Below, piece after piece: positions 11,697 to 24,149 of a stretch of DNA of 64,000 nucleotides. Made by a program: the position numbers and the translations under genes. The stretch lies in the NCBI RefSeq assembly GCF_006345805.1, contig NC_043020.1:22692001-22756000 (forward strand), written 5' to 3'. Every line of letters starts with the position of its first letter. The stretch's first letter is position 1. Source of the DNA: Octopus sinensis. Its lineage: Eukaryota. Under the pieces are notes generated by a model. That model saw only the letters and a list, made by a program, of their open reading frames with translations. It searched no databases and was not told the origin of the DNA.

Positions 11697-12227
11697 TATT
11701 ATCTTACTTGTAAATAAGTGAAGATTGGCAACATAAATGCATCCAGCCATAATAAATCTGCCTCATTGAATTCTATTTGACCCATGCATGGAAAATTAGA
11801 TATCAAAACAATGATGATAGTAATGAAGATTTGTGCATATTTTGTCTTTGTCTAATGTTAAGTCTTACACTGTCATGTTTTCTTGCTTTACAGTTGTATT
11901 ACTTGGACATTCTAATGTAACCTGTAGTAGAAGACTATCATTTCTATGAGAACATCTGCTGCCAGTTATTTATGGACTCTCTATATTCTCTATATTCTCT
12001 AGCCTACATCCATTGACATTTATTAATCTAAATATAAAAGTCTTTTTGTTTACATCAGTGTGAGAAGATTCAACTAGTCTCTGTGGTAAGTAGAAAATAT
12101 ATCTACATTACATATTTCCTGCACAGCTAAGCAAAGGCTTAAGATATTGAAGGCAAGGAACTGAACCACAGCTGAGTATATACACACAAACATTTCTCTG
12201 CTTTTAAGAATTTCATCAACACTTAAT

Positions 12228-13040
12228 ATGGAGGGTGTCGATCCCTTGAACACTTCAAATATAACTGTTTTTGCCTGTAAAGATACAGCTTCGCAAACGT
12301 GCAGTGATGAGGAAAGCTTGTGTGATGAAATGTTTACTACTAAACGAATATCGTTACACAGGAACACTTGCAAATATCGTTGTGGGATCTGTAGGAAAAT
12401 ATTCTCCTCAAAACAAGAAGTCTTTGCACACAGAAAAATACACAATAAGGAAAAGTCTTGCTACTGTGAGATATGTGGAAAATCTTTTGGGAACAGATCG
12501 GATCTTGTTGCCCACAAAAATAGTCACAATGAAGAGAAACCCTTCCACTGTGGAATCTGCGGGAAAGCTTTTTTCTCGAACAGTAAATTAACACGACATA
12601 AGATAGTACACAGCGGAGAAAAACCGTTCCATTGTCAAATCTGCGGAAAATCTTTCACGCAAAATTCAAATCTTATCATTCATAAACGAATACATACAGG
12701 GGAAAATCCATTTCACTGTGAAACATGTGGAAAGGCTTTCATTAATAATTCAAGCCTTACGATCCATGTTCGTAGCCACACGGGAGAGAAACCATATTAC
12801 TGTGAAACATGTGGTAAATCCTTCGTGGATAACAGCAATTTGACAAGACACAAACGAATCCATACTGGGGAAAAGTTTTTCCACTGTCAAACGTGCGGAA
12901 AATCTTTCATTGAAAACTCTAAGCTTACGATCCACATACGCAGCCACACTAAAGAAAAACCGTATCAGTGTGAAATCTGTGGAAGATCATTCTCTGTTAA
13001 CTCCAGTCTTGTTGTCCACAAACGGGTTCACACTGGATAA
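12228..13040 (+). CDS. C2H2 zinc-finger protein (ZNF-2): 270 aa, 8 fingers
   Basis: Eight canonical CX2CX12HX3H repeats after a ~50-aa leader. The leader does not align with those of ZNF-1/3/4. Confidence 0.9.
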   Translation: MEGVDPLNTSNITVFACKDTASQTCSDEESLCDEMFTTKRISLHRNTCKYRCGICRKIFSSKQEVFAHRKIHNKEKSCYCEICGKSFGNRSDLVAHKNSHNEEKPFHCGICGKAFFSNSKLTRHKIVHSGEKPFHCQICGKSFTQNSNLIIHKRIHTGENPFHCETCGKAFINNSSLTIHVRSHTGEKPYYCETCGKSFVDNSNLTRHKRIHTGEKFFHCQTCGKSFIENSKLTIHIRSHTKEKPYQCEICGRSFSVNSSLVVHKRVHTG

Positions 13041-13108
13041 GACTATCTTGTAAAATATGTGGAAAGTTTTTCATCATCATCATCATCATCATCATCATCG
13101 TTGTTTAA

Positions 13109-13329
13109 CCCTTTAGCATTTAAACTGGCCATATCCGGCCAAAAGTATTCTGCCTGTTTTATGTTCAAACTGACCAGATCTGGTCTCTCACACCAACCCT
13201 ACAATATCTTTTAAAAAATTAACATCTGCCTCATCAAAATCTCATAGCTACAAGATAATGCATGATTAGTTCAAAACAGTGTGGATAAAAAAGGATTAAT
13301 TTTGGCAGAATAATGCGAACACTAAAGGG
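13109..13329. mobile_element. piggyBac-type MITE inside a SINE-C tail
   Basis: TTAA|CCCTTTAG ... CTAAAGGG|TTAA: TTAA TSD with CCC/GGG termini. Confidence 0.75.
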
Positions 13330-13710
13330 TTAATGTCTGTTTTCAATAATGACATTGGTTGGAGTGTTTGACAGAAGCTGGCTAGGCTCCAATTGTCTGT
13401 TTTGGCATGGTTTTTACTGATAGATGCCCTTCCTTATGCCAACCACTTTACAGAGTGTGCTGGTTGCTTCTTATGTGTTACCTGCATGACTGTATTGTAA
13501 GTGTCACTGGCACAAATGCATTTTACGCAGCACCAGCACAAGTGCATCCTACATGGCACTGGCATGAGTATTTTATGGCACACCGGCACCTGCTAGTAGC
13601 AAGTCAGAAACTGACCAAGACGCCTGAATCCTGCACGAGTAGATGTCCATTATATGAAGAAATTACAGCAAATGGAATTTGTTGGAAACACGCTCTTAAT
13701 ATCACTATAT

Positions 13711-13876
13711 AGGCGCAGGAGTGGCTGTGTGGTAAGTAGCTTGCTAACCAACCACATGGTTCCGGGTTCAGTCCCACTGTGTGGCATCTTGGGCAAGTGT
13801 CTTCTGCTATAGCCCTGGGCCGACCAATGCCTTGTGAGTGGATTTGGTAGATGGAAACTGAAAGAAGCCTGTCGTA

Positions 13877-13954
<78 letters not shown>

Positions 13955-14160
13955 AGTTTGCGTGTCTGTGTTTGTCCCCCTAGCATTGCTTGACAACCGA
14001 TGCTGGTGTGTTTATGTCCCCGTCACTTAGCGGTTCGGCAAAAGAGACTGATAGAATAAGTACTGGGCTTACAAAGAATAAGTCCCGGGGTCGATTTGCT
14101 CGACTAAAGGCGGTGCTCCAGCATAGCCACAGTCAAATGACTGAAACAAGTAAAAGAGTA
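13711..14160 (+). mobile_element. SINE-A with expanded internal (TA)n
   Basis: Full-length match, with a TA tract at about 13880-13945. Confidence 0.85.
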
Positions 14161-14859
14161 AAGAATATAATAGAACAGGTAGCAACATAATTTAATCCAT
14201 ATGGCCACTGTATTAAGAAGTAGACAAGTAATGACTGGTTGAGAGAGATAACTGAAAACTTGATATTTCCCTCTGGCAAAACTTGATAAGTACACAACAC
14301 ATTCCTTGGATAATGGAACAGTACCTTTAATGATTCTACAAAAAAAATAATTGTGCGTCTCCTTGTCATAAATCTTTGTGTTACCCTACCCTACCCTGAT
14401 GTAATCTCCAGGGATACAGGCATCCAGCAACAGGACCTCCGTAATGCTATGACGAACCGTGAAGTCGGTTGAACAATGATGAATGATGATGTTACCATGT
14501 GTAGCAACCACGATTGAAAACACGCCATTCTACTTCGTAAAGGTAATTGTAAGTACATCCTGAATTCTAGAAAAACCATACACACAGTTTTATATATCAG
14601 CACACACTACACATGAATATATACACAAAGCGAATTTAAATCATACTGTGTTCTTTTTTGCTGAGGCATTGCAGTGAGTATTGTGCGCACATTATAAACA
14701 CACCAACCATTGACTTCTTACATCTCTTGATTGTACATATAATTGTATCTTTTTGTATACACACATACAATGAGGAAAGCAGGAACAGTTAACAACAATA
14801 ACAACAAAAAATAAAACATCTTATTTATCTCCCTAACAAGTGTGCTATATCTTCACATA

Positions 14860-15470
14860 TATTGCGGGGGACTTCAATTTCCCTGAGATTGACTGGGAGG
14901 CCTTCTGTTGGCCACAAAGTGCAGACGATTTCCTTGAACTGGTGCTGAATTGAAACTGGTCCCAAGTCGTTAGCTCCCCCACAAGGGGTAACAATACTTT
15001 GGATCTACTATTTACCGCTTCTCCTGAAACAATTATTAGTGTCACCACTAAAGAACCTTTAGGTGACTCTGATCATTCCATGATCATGGCCAACTTGTCT
15101 CTGATTGGTTGTAACAAAAACCACAACCATCTTCAAACTGCCTGCTTTGGAATAAAGCAGACTGGAACCCTTATTGTACCAAGCTGCGACGCCCAAACTG
15201 GCTCGAATTTTATGCCTCTGGAGATGTGAACACTATACTTCAGAACATTCTGAATTCAATATGGACGGCACGTGCAGCATCGGTACCACGCAAGCACAAA
15301 AATCTACCCAATAGTGCGATTTGGGAAACTGCAGCAGTCCGACTTGCCAGGAAAGAATGCCGTAATGCTGAACACAACTACTGAATGCACAAATCAGAGA
15401 TCAACAGGAAAAAGTGCTTTACAGATCAGTAAAACCTGAGAAATCCTTCAAATTCAAACTTGGTCCACCA
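14860..15470 (+). mobile_element. CR1-group LINE fragment (endonuclease end / linker), degenerate
   Basis: GDFNFPEIDW ... PTRGNNTLDLLFT ... LGDSDH motifs with stops. Confidence 0.7.
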
Positions 15471-15863
15471 AAGAGTTTGCTTTAAAGATCTTCTTTTATC
15501 ATGGTAAAATCTATTGGAATCATTCTCTTTGACATCTCATCTTGTAGTCTACAAATGTGTTCTTAGTTGCGAGAAAACCTCTTCACTGAATTCTTTGGGA
15601 AATCTTTAATTGTGGATTATAAACTTTAAGTTTGTAATGAATATATATTGGACAAATAAATTCATTAGCGTGAGACATATAAAGGAATCATTCAGAGTAA
15701 AATAAGACTACACTTATAGCCTACAACTGAATACAGACTGGACATCTCTTGTATATAATATAATGGAAATCATTCTTAGGGTTCAGGTCTGATAATCCTG
15801 GATAAAAATCTATTCACTCAATAATAAATCTCTGAACAAGATGTAAACAGTAACTGCACGACA

Positions 15864-16091
15864 ATGTAAGGTATACTAGCCATCTCCATATGGCTAACCA
15901 CTAAGGGTGGGTGTTACTGTAGCTTGTAGCCCCAGGAGATCATCGTCTCCAGCTGGCTTTAGGCACTCTTTCTAAGGGCACAGAAAGTGTGCCTAAAGCC
16001 AGCTGGAGACGATGATCTCCTGGGGCTACAAGCTACAGTAACACCCACCCTTAGTGGTTAGCCATATGGAAATGGCTAGTATACCTTACAT
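15864..16091. repeat. 228-bp near-perfect palindrome (foldback / MITE-like)
   Basis: 110-bp arms with 2 mismatches and an 8-nt loop at 15974-15981. Confidence 0.9.
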
Positions 16092-16439
16092 AATCTATTC
16101 ACTATTTGTCATTAAAGTTTCTTACTGAGACATAAAATACTTTAAAAATAAAGAGGTAAAATATTATGAAGTGAAATTTGTTGGAAATTATCTTCTCATT
16201 CAAAACTCATGTTGTTAACCATAAATATGTGTAGGGATGCTGACATGACTGTGTGGTTAAGAAGTTTGCTTCCCAACTACTTGGTTCCAGGTTCAATCTC
16301 ACCGTTCAGCATCTTGGGTAAGTGTTTTCTGTTGTAGCCTGAGGCTGGCCAAAACCTTGTAAGTGGATTTGGTGGGCAGAAACTAAAAGAAGCCTGTTTT
16401 ATGTGTGTGTGTGTGTGAGTTGGTGTTGTTGTTTGTTCC

Positions 16440-16722
16440 TTCTCGAGCCATGTCTGGCTCATAAGGGCCGGTTTCCCGGTTTCTTGGCGTATAGGTTCCC
16501 CACCTGGACGGGACGCTGGTCCGTCGCAGGTGAGCTGCAAGAAGCAGGAGGAAAGAGTGAGAGAAAGTTGTGGCGAAAGAGTCAGCAGAAATTTTGCCAT
16601 TACCTTCAGCCGGAGCTTAGGTGTTTTCGCTCATAAACACACACATCGGCCAGTCTGAGATTTGAACCCACGATCCCTCAACCACGAGTCCGCTGCTCTA
16701 ACCACTAGGCCATGTGCCTCCA
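16440..16722 (-). mobile_element. SINE-D (tRNA-like head GTGGAGGCACATGGCCTAGTGGTTAGAGC)
   Basis: A- and B-box-like motifs on the minus strand. A related copy lies at 22489-22811 and a head-only copy at about 53123-53200. Confidence 0.75.
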
Positions 16723-17349
16723 CCGTGAGTTGGTATTTCCTTGTCTTGACGTCTCATGAATTTTGTAAATAAGTGTCACCATCATATAAGTGGTCTCTTT
16801 CATTTCCCATCTTTCATGTAAAACATGTCCAGCTATCAGGGTAAAAATGTCCTTACAGGGACACAGGTGAGGGTCGGTGATAGCAAGGGTACCTATCTAT
16901 AGAAAAATCTGCTTCAGCATATTCTATCCAATATAACTGTTTGGCGTTAGCAAGGGCATCAAGCTGTAGAAACTCAGCCAGATCAAGATTGGAGCCTGGT
17001 GCAGCCATCTGGTTCGCCAGCCCTCAGTCAAAATCGTTCAACCCATGCTAGCATGGAAAGCGGACGTTAAACGATGATGATGATGATAATATGCAAGCAT
17101 AGAAAAGTAGATGTTAAAAGGATGATGATGAAAGTGATGAAAGTGATGGTGATAAGAGAAGGAAAATATTGAGATGATTTGTTGAAAATATTCTTTTATA
17201 AACAGAAATAAAAAGAAGCAATTTTGAAGAAACTCGTGTAAAATCTTAACATTGAGATTCCAGACAAAAAATATTTTTACGTGAATTAAAATTATCATCT
17301 TTGTTTTAGTGTTTACTTTTTCCTGCTTGCCTGGGTCAGACAAAATTGG

Positions 17350-17781
17350 TTGAGGCAGATGGACTCATTGAAACTCCGACATCTGGCAGCTGACTTGGCA
17401 GACACCCATAAAATCATTAACCATCTTACAAACAATAACTCTGAGCACCTTTTCAAACTCCACCCGTCTAACACCTGTGGACATATTTACAAAGTCAGAA
17501 AACAGCACAGCTCCCATGACTTTAGGAAACATTTTTTCACACTAAGAGTTGCTGAAGCATGGAACAAACTGCCGGCATCAGTTGTTAGTTGTCGGAGCAC
17601 TGCATCCTTCAAAACTTCCATGCTTTCTGAGATTCGCCAACACTACGCCTGATTTTCTCCCCTCCATACACATGCAAGCATGTATCTCACTCATACATTG
17701 TTCGCTTTCCAGACATTTGTACATTACTGCATATGCTTTATACGCACTGTCTGACAAGTTGTGGTGCACCTGAGCACTGTA
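17350..17781 (+). mobile_element. CR1-group LINE 3' fragment
   Basis: RKHFFTLRVAEAWNKLP peptide plus 3' UTR. A further UTR copy lies at about 23635-23825(-). Confidence 0.8.
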
Positions 17782-18165
17782 CTCTTTTACTTGTTTCAGT
17801 CATTTGACTGCGGCCATGCTGGAGCACCGCCTTTAGTCGAGCAAATCGACCCCGGGACTTATTCTTTGTAAGCCCAGTACTTATTCTATCGGTCTCTTTT
17901 GCCGAACCGCTAAGTGACGGGGACGTAAACACACCAGCATCAGTTGTCAAGCAATGCTAGGGGGACAAACACAGACACACAAATATACATATATATACAT
18001 ATATACGACAGGCTTCTTTCAGTTTCCGTCTACCAAATCCACTCACAAGGCTTTGGTCGGCCCGAGGCTATAGCAGAAGACACTTGCCCAAGGTGCCATG
18101 TAGTGGGAATGAACCCGGAACCATGTGGCTGGTAAGCAAGCTGCTTACCACACAGCCACTCTTGC
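17782..18165 (-). mobile_element. SINE-A
   Basis: Reverse-complement full-length copy. Confidence 0.85.
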
Positions 18166-18348
18166 GCCTTACAATGATTTCATTATTATTATATCTTCTG
18201 TCACTGTCCTTCTTCCATGAAATCCTCATCAGCAGCATCATTTTCATTCTTAACATAACCACTCCATTACATATTTATCCACATATACTTATAGTGTATT
18301 TGCTGGTAGGCTGTGATTTGGCATGGTGGATAATACTCTCTCAAAGTA

Positions 18349-19160
18349 CTATGTGTTAAAACACCCAGTGTTATGAGAGCACACATGATACTTTATTTCG
18401 AGGTAAAGCTTTATGTCATCTGCATATTTCAGCACTGTGGCATTCTTTAAGTTGGCATCTATATCATTAACATATGCAACAAATAAAAGGGGACCAAGAA
18501 CAGATCCCTGTGGTACACCAGATGTCATCTCATAGGGTGAAGAGTGCCGTCCTAGAACTATGACAACCTCTTTTCGGTCGAAAATAAAGGACTTCAACCA
18601 GTTATAGAGATCGTCTCTTACACCCATTGCAGAGAGTTTTACCATAAGTCTTTTGTGTGGCACAGAGTTAAAAGCCTTAGCAAAGTCCAGGTAAACAACA
18701 TCCACCCAGGATCCGCGATCAGTGATTTGGGTAACGTCCACAAGAAACTCGATGAGTTGATTAGAGCAGCTGGAGTTAGGAATAAATCCAAATTGTGACG
18801 GCTGGATGAGACTGTAAGACTTCCAGAAGTTCCAGAGGGTTTCCCTGACACAGGATTCCATCAGTCATGATACTGAATGGTTCTGATTAGCAACCATTCA
18901 CCCAAACGAGCAGGTGTTGTTATACTATGCAGCAATCCAGTGATGGAAAATGAGACTGAAACCAGCCACCAAGTATTGGTGGTCGACCCCATTGAAGACT
19001 TTAGATTGATCCAAATTAATAAGGGCTTCACCCATGCCAGCTTCTTTATCAACCCAGTCCATGGTGTATTATTTGAGGCGGAGGTTATAGCTAGATCTGC
19101 TTGGGATGGTGTCTGTTTGCACATCATTGATCAGTTCCCTGACAACAAATACCAACATCT
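18349..19160 (-). mobile_element. CR1-group LINE reverse-transcriptase fragment
   Basis: QFGF, LDFAKAFNSVPH, GVPQGSVLGPLLF and YADD motifs in ORF 18349..18861. Truncated and frameshifted upstream. Confidence 0.9.
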
Positions 19161-19287
19161 TTGCTAACACCTTGGCCAAAATTTTGAAATCTGTGTTTAG
19201 TAGAATTATGGCCGAAAATTTTCCATTTGATCCCCCTTGTTTGGGATCTTTGGGGGTTTACATATAATGAAATGATTAAAAAATATA

Positions 19288-19526
19288 CTGTTGTGTCTGG
19301 GGAGAGTCATTTTCTTTTTGTGCCTTATAATTTAACACACTCACCGGTAAAATTTCCACTTATTTCTTATTTTTATTTTCCTAAAATTTTCGTTGCGTCT
19401 TGCAACCTTTTCAAGACGCAATGAAAATTTTAGGAAAATAAAAATAAGAAATAAGTGGAAATTTTATCGGTGTGTGTGTTAAATAATAAGGCACAAAAAG
19501 AAAATGAATCTCCCCAGATACAACAG
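19288..19526. mobile_element. Foldback MITE (CTGTTGTGTCTGGGGAGAG termini)
   Basis: ~115-bp inverted arms. A second, internally deleted copy lies at 62006-62210. Confidence 0.8.
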
Positions 19527-19633
19527 AACAAAAGGTGATAATAATGTATTAAAACAAGGTGTCATTATATTGCAAATATGCTGAAGCGAACTGCATACAT
19601 CGAAACTGTGGCGAAAAACATAAATATAATTTC

Positions 19634-20047
19634 GGATCTATTCGGTTTGAACGGCAGTTTTTAAAAATAATTTCTTTGTAACTAAACACTTTTAAACTTC
19701 GTATACTGGTAGAATGTTTATAAAACATCTTTTTCTCTTGGCTTTATTGAGAAAATTCTATGGTTTGTAAGATATTTGTTGTTTTTTTTCTTCAATTTCT
19801 GCAATTTCAACCAATCAATGACGTCTATTGAGGTAAAAAAACATTCTGTGCCATATAAATATGTCCCTCGTTTAAGAAACAGATTGGGTTTATTTACATT
19901 TGTGAAGAAAAAAAAGATACCCTTCTCCCTACCCTAACCCTAAAACAGATTGAAATGCAATAGATCGATACTAGGGTCATAATTATGGGTGACAATTTCA
20001 TATGACACCGCTAGAAAAAAAAACTGCTGTTCAAACCGAAAAGATCC
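19634..20047. mobile_element. hAT-type MITE, 8-bp TSD
   Basis: ATAATTTC at 19626-19633 and 20048-20055. Confidence 0.9.
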
Positions 20048-20059
20048 ATAATTTCCGAA

Positions 20060-20202
20060 CCTCATTGTAACAGAATACGAAACGACGGCCCAAAATAGTG
20101 TAGCTCAATGGACGTTGATGTGTTTACGTCTTTGAGATGAGTTTTTATGGTCTTTGGGAGAAAAGACACAACGCACTGATTCCCTGTTTACACTTGGAAA
20201 CG
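20060..20202 (+). promoter_or_regulatory. Putative non-coding first exon / promoter of ZNF-3
   Basis: Homologous to 28100-28239, ending in GGAAACG|GTTAGT (donor-like). Confidence 0.5.
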
Positions 20203-20374
20203 GTTAGTTGACAATGGTTTGTTTTACTGAAATAATGTGTTTAAATAGTTTAGGTTTCATTTAGAGCAGCGGTCGCTATTTTTGCACGGGTCAAGCGATC
20301 ACGCACAGAAGAAAACGCAATTAAGGGCATCATATAATTACATATAGAATACTACACATACACACGTATCTCTC

Positions 20375-20747
20375 TCTTTTACTTGTTTCAGTCATTTGAC
20401 TGTGGCCATGCTGGAGCACCGCCTTTAGTCGAGCAAATCGACCCTAGGACTTATTCTTTGTAAGCCCAGTACTTATTCTATCGGTCTCTTTTGCCGAACC
20501 CGCTAAGTGACGGGGACGTAAACACACCAGCATCGGTTGTCAAGCAGTGCTAGTGGGACAAACACAGACACACAAATACATATATATACATATATACGAC
20601 AAGCTTCTTTCAGTTTCCGTCTACCAAATACACTCACAAGGCTTTGGTCGGCCTGAGGCTATAGTAGAAGACACTTGCCCAACATGCCACGCAGTGGGAC
20701 TGAACCCGGAACCATGTGGTTGGTTAGCAAGCTACTTACCACACAGC
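20375..20747 (-). mobile_element. SINE-A
   Basis: Reverse-complement copy. Confidence 0.85.
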
Positions 20748-20749
20748 CT

Positions 20750-21143
20750 TATATATATATATAAAGCTGAAGTTGTCTGTGTATGGCAGGTTTGATAGCC
20801 TTCAACTAACACTATCTCCTCCAAAATCCTGCGGTGCAAGATGACCAAAATTGAGAGTATGATAGAAGAAGGCTTGCTCTTCCTTCCGTAGAAGAAAAAA
20901 ATTCAAATCGGACCATGTTAACACCAAAAATTATTTACATCAAAAAGGTGCTTTTTTTTCTATGAAAATCCCTATTTTCTACGATTTTTTGACTGCTGTG
21001 TCGTCATTTTTCGGTGTATTTCAACCAGAAAAATGTTCACTTAAAGAGAATAACAAGCTACATAATGCAAAATTTTTACTTTTCAAAAATTCCAATTCTA
21101 AAGGGTTGAAACAAACCCGAGCAACACCGGGTGATACTGCTAG
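20750..21143 (+). mobile_element. Helitron-like non-autonomous element
   Basis: 3' hairpin ACCCGAGCAACACCGGGT followed by ACTGCTAG|T, with no TSD and TA-rich flanks. Confidence 0.65.
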
Positions 21144-21164
21144 TATGTATATATATATATCATC

Positions 21165-21465
21165 ATCATCATCATCATCATTTAGCGTCTGTTTTCCATG
21201 CTAACATGGGTTGGACTGTTTAACTGGGGTCTGTGAAGCCGGAAGGCTTCATCAGGCCCAGTCAGATTTGGTAGTGTTTCTACGGCTGGATGCCCTTCCT
21301 AACGCCAACCACTCTGCGAGTGTAGTGGGTGTTTTTTACGTGCCACCTGCACAGGTGCCAGACAGAGCTGGCACAACGGCCACGAACGGATGGTGCTTTT
21401 ACGTGTCACCGGCACGGGGCCAGCCGAGGCTGGCAACGAACACGAGCGGACGGTGCTTTTACGTG

Positions 21466-21470
<5 letters not shown>
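21165..21470 (-). mobile_element. SINE-C with several internal repeat units
   Basis: (CAT)n tail, GGATGCCCTTCCT core and repeated TTTTACGTG(C/T)CACC. Confidence 0.75.
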
Positions 21471-21509
<39 letters not shown>

Positions 21510-22488
21510 CGTACACACGTTATAGAACATTGCTGTTCTATAAAGAATTATGCCATTACATCTTAACTACAGAAAAACGAATTTTCCAACTGGTCAACGA
21601 TACAATCTTAGTCCGATATATTGTCAGTAAGGAAGCGAATCACACCCCTCCGTTTTGGCAAGTAGTCCATTGTTTCTGGGTCTTTACCCTTCATCGGTAC
21701 TGGACACCTGCCTACTACAGAGATATAAGTAGTAGCAATACTAGACGGTAATGTGGGTTTTTTTTTGCCACTATAACATGGCTGTTCTGTAAAGAACTAT
21801 GTTACTACATTTTAACCCAGGAAAATACAAAAACACCCTACAGTTTGCGCTTGCCAATACTTTAGAAAGTAAATTGAAACGGCATTCTTTCGATATAGCT
21901 CGACATGGTCGAGACATTTCACTTTGGGTATTTCCGTGGGTTGTGGAGTATAGAAATAACGAAATTATGCCAGCAATGTCTGAATTTAAAATTGGATTTA
22001 AAATGCCTTGCATATTTTTTCTTACCTGTTTCGTTTGTGTATGTAAAGTCCGCAAATTTCCTAGCAGAAAACAGAATCGGACTGTCATTTGCTTCCACGG
22101 AAATACCCGAACTGAAGTGTTTTGATCTTGTCGAGTTATATCGAAATAATGCCATCGGGCATTCCTTCGATATAACTTATACAAAGTGGATGAAGGGGCA
22201 CTACAAAAGGTTAATACACACCCTACAGTACATTGTTCAGTTAAAAGTAATTTTATATCTAGTTTTTTAGTGTAGAAACATTGTCAAATATTCATTGCTG
22301 AATTTCAGCAATTTCTAACTACATTTTTTATTGTTTTATTTCAAAATATGAGATGACATTGGCATAAAATACTTTTGTTTGTATTTCAGATATTTCATCA
22401 TTATTGCTTGTTAAACAGGACAGATGTAAACTTGGAGAAATTTGCAACATCATCAGGTATTGACAAAAATCACAGTCTGTTGAAGTAT

Positions 22489-22811
22489 AAAAAAAACGAT
22501 AAACATTGCCTTTTTCAAGCCTAGCCAGGCTCATGGGCCCAGTTTCCTGGTTTCTGTGGCATATGTGTTTCCCCCAGCTGGACAGGATGCCAGTCCATCG
22601 CAACGTTACTCAAGAAACAGGAAGAGAGAGTGAGAGAAAGCTGTGGCAAATGAGTACAACAGGGGTCGCCACTACATCCTGCCGGAGCCTCATGGAGCTT
22701 TTAGGTGTTTTCACTCAATAAACACACACAACGCCTGGTCTGGGAATCGAAACTGCAATCCTCCGACTGCAAGTCTGCTGCCTTAACCACTGGGCCATTG
22801 CGCTTCCACTA
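22489..22811 (-). mobile_element. SINE-D inserted antisense at the start of the ZNF-3 main exon
   Basis: Interrupts sequence that is contiguous in ZNF-4. Imperfect 9-bp TSD: TTGAAGTAT (22480-22488) / TTGATGTAT (22812-22820). Confidence 0.75.
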
Positions 22812-22814
22812 TTG

Positions 22815-23582
22815 ATGTATAGGAGAATATATATTTGTAGAAATAAAATATCTAAAGGAAAAGGAGAAAAGGCATCTGTATATATTGGTGAGCATAGAAA
22901 TATGGAAAACAAGCTGAATTATAAAACACAAAGTAAAAAGATTGATTTTTCTGAAACAGCTCACTTAAGAAGTCACAAACATACTCAAACAAGTGAAAAA
23001 TCGTACTGTGATATCTGTGGGAAATTATTCACTCGAAAGAATATTGCAGTTCATAAACGCAGTCACACAGGAGAAAAACCATATCGGTGTGATATCTGTG
23101 GTAAGACATTCTCTCAAAGTTGCGCTGTAATTAAACACAAACGTACTCATACAGGTGACAAACCATATCGTTGTGAGATCTGTGGCAAATCATTCTCTGA
23201 GAGTCATAATTTAAGTAGACACAGGCGTATTCATACAGGAGAGAAGCCGTTTTGCTGTCAAATTTGTGGTACATCTTTTACGCTAAATCATCATTTGACT
23301 CGTCACAAACACACTCACACAGGAGGTAAGCCATACCAGTGTGTTACCTGTGGTAAATCTTTCTCTCAAAATGTTCATTTAACTAAACACAAACGTATTC
23401 ATACAGGTGAAAAGCCATATTGCTGTGTTACCTGTGGTAAATCATTCTCTCGAAATGATCTCTTAACAAATCATATACGCACTCATACAGGTGAGAAGCC
23501 ATACAATTGCGACATTTGTGGAAAATCATTTTCTGAAAATGGTCCCTTAATTAAACATTCGCGTATTCATAAAAAGCAGTGA
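22815..23582 (+). CDS. C2H2 zinc-finger protein (ZNF-3): 7 fingers
   Basis: Seven C2H2 repeats (the first with an 11-residue spacer) and TGEKPY linkers. Candidate starts are ATG 22815 or MENK at 22902. Confidence 0.9.
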   Translation: MYRRIYICRNKISKGKGEKASVYIGEHRNMENKLNYKTQSKKIDFSETAHLRSHKHTQTSEKSYCDICGKLFTRKNIAVHKRSHTGEKPYRCDICGKTFSQSCAVIKHKRTHTGDKPYRCEICGKSFSESHNLSRHRRIHTGEKPFCCQICGTSFTLNHHLTRHKHTHTGGKPYQCVTCGKSFSQNVHLTKHKRIHTGEKPYCCVTCGKSFSRNDLLTNHIRTHTGEKPYNCDICGKSFSENGPLIKHSRIHKKQ

Positions 23583-24149
23583 CTATTTCACTCAAGACTC
23601 ATTTTATATCTATTTCAATAAATATAAATTAATTTATATAATAATAATAATGAAATTATTGTATACAGTGCTCAGGTGCACCACAACTTGTCAGACAGTG
23701 CATATAAAGTAATGTACAAATGTCTGGAAAGCGAACAATGTATGAGTCAGATACATGCTTGTGTGTGTATGGAGGGGAGAAAATCAGGTGTAGTGTTGGC
23801 GAATCTCAGAAAGCATGGAAGTTTTTATGTCAATAATATATTTTTTCACACACAAAAGGAGAGATAATCGTGTATGATAATAGAATCCCCACACAGCATT
23901 TTCTCTAACCACATGTACAAGTAAAACATACATTTGGCTTATTGCAGCTGGATTGATTCTGCACATCACATGACTGCTTCTAACCAATCAATAATCAGCT
24001 ACTTTCACTTGTTCTGTTTGGGGAACTAAGACTACCTTTGGTGTTTTCCTAGATTAAAAATAGAAACAGAAATATTTTCTCATAACGTTTTATTTTTCCA
24101 TCTGACTCTCTGTCACTAATCACGAGACACCCTCATAACCATTCTGTAT

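Noticed and set aside
12074-12947. Alternative-frame and antisense ORFs overlapping ZNF-2 (similarly over ZNF-4 and the LINE ORFs)
   Set aside because: Shadow frames of genuine coding sequence.
21771-22270. Several overlapping 100-137-aa ORFs upstream of ZNF-3
   Set aside because: No recognisable domain, open on both strands, lying in the inferred first intron and not conserved in the ZNF-4 equivalent.
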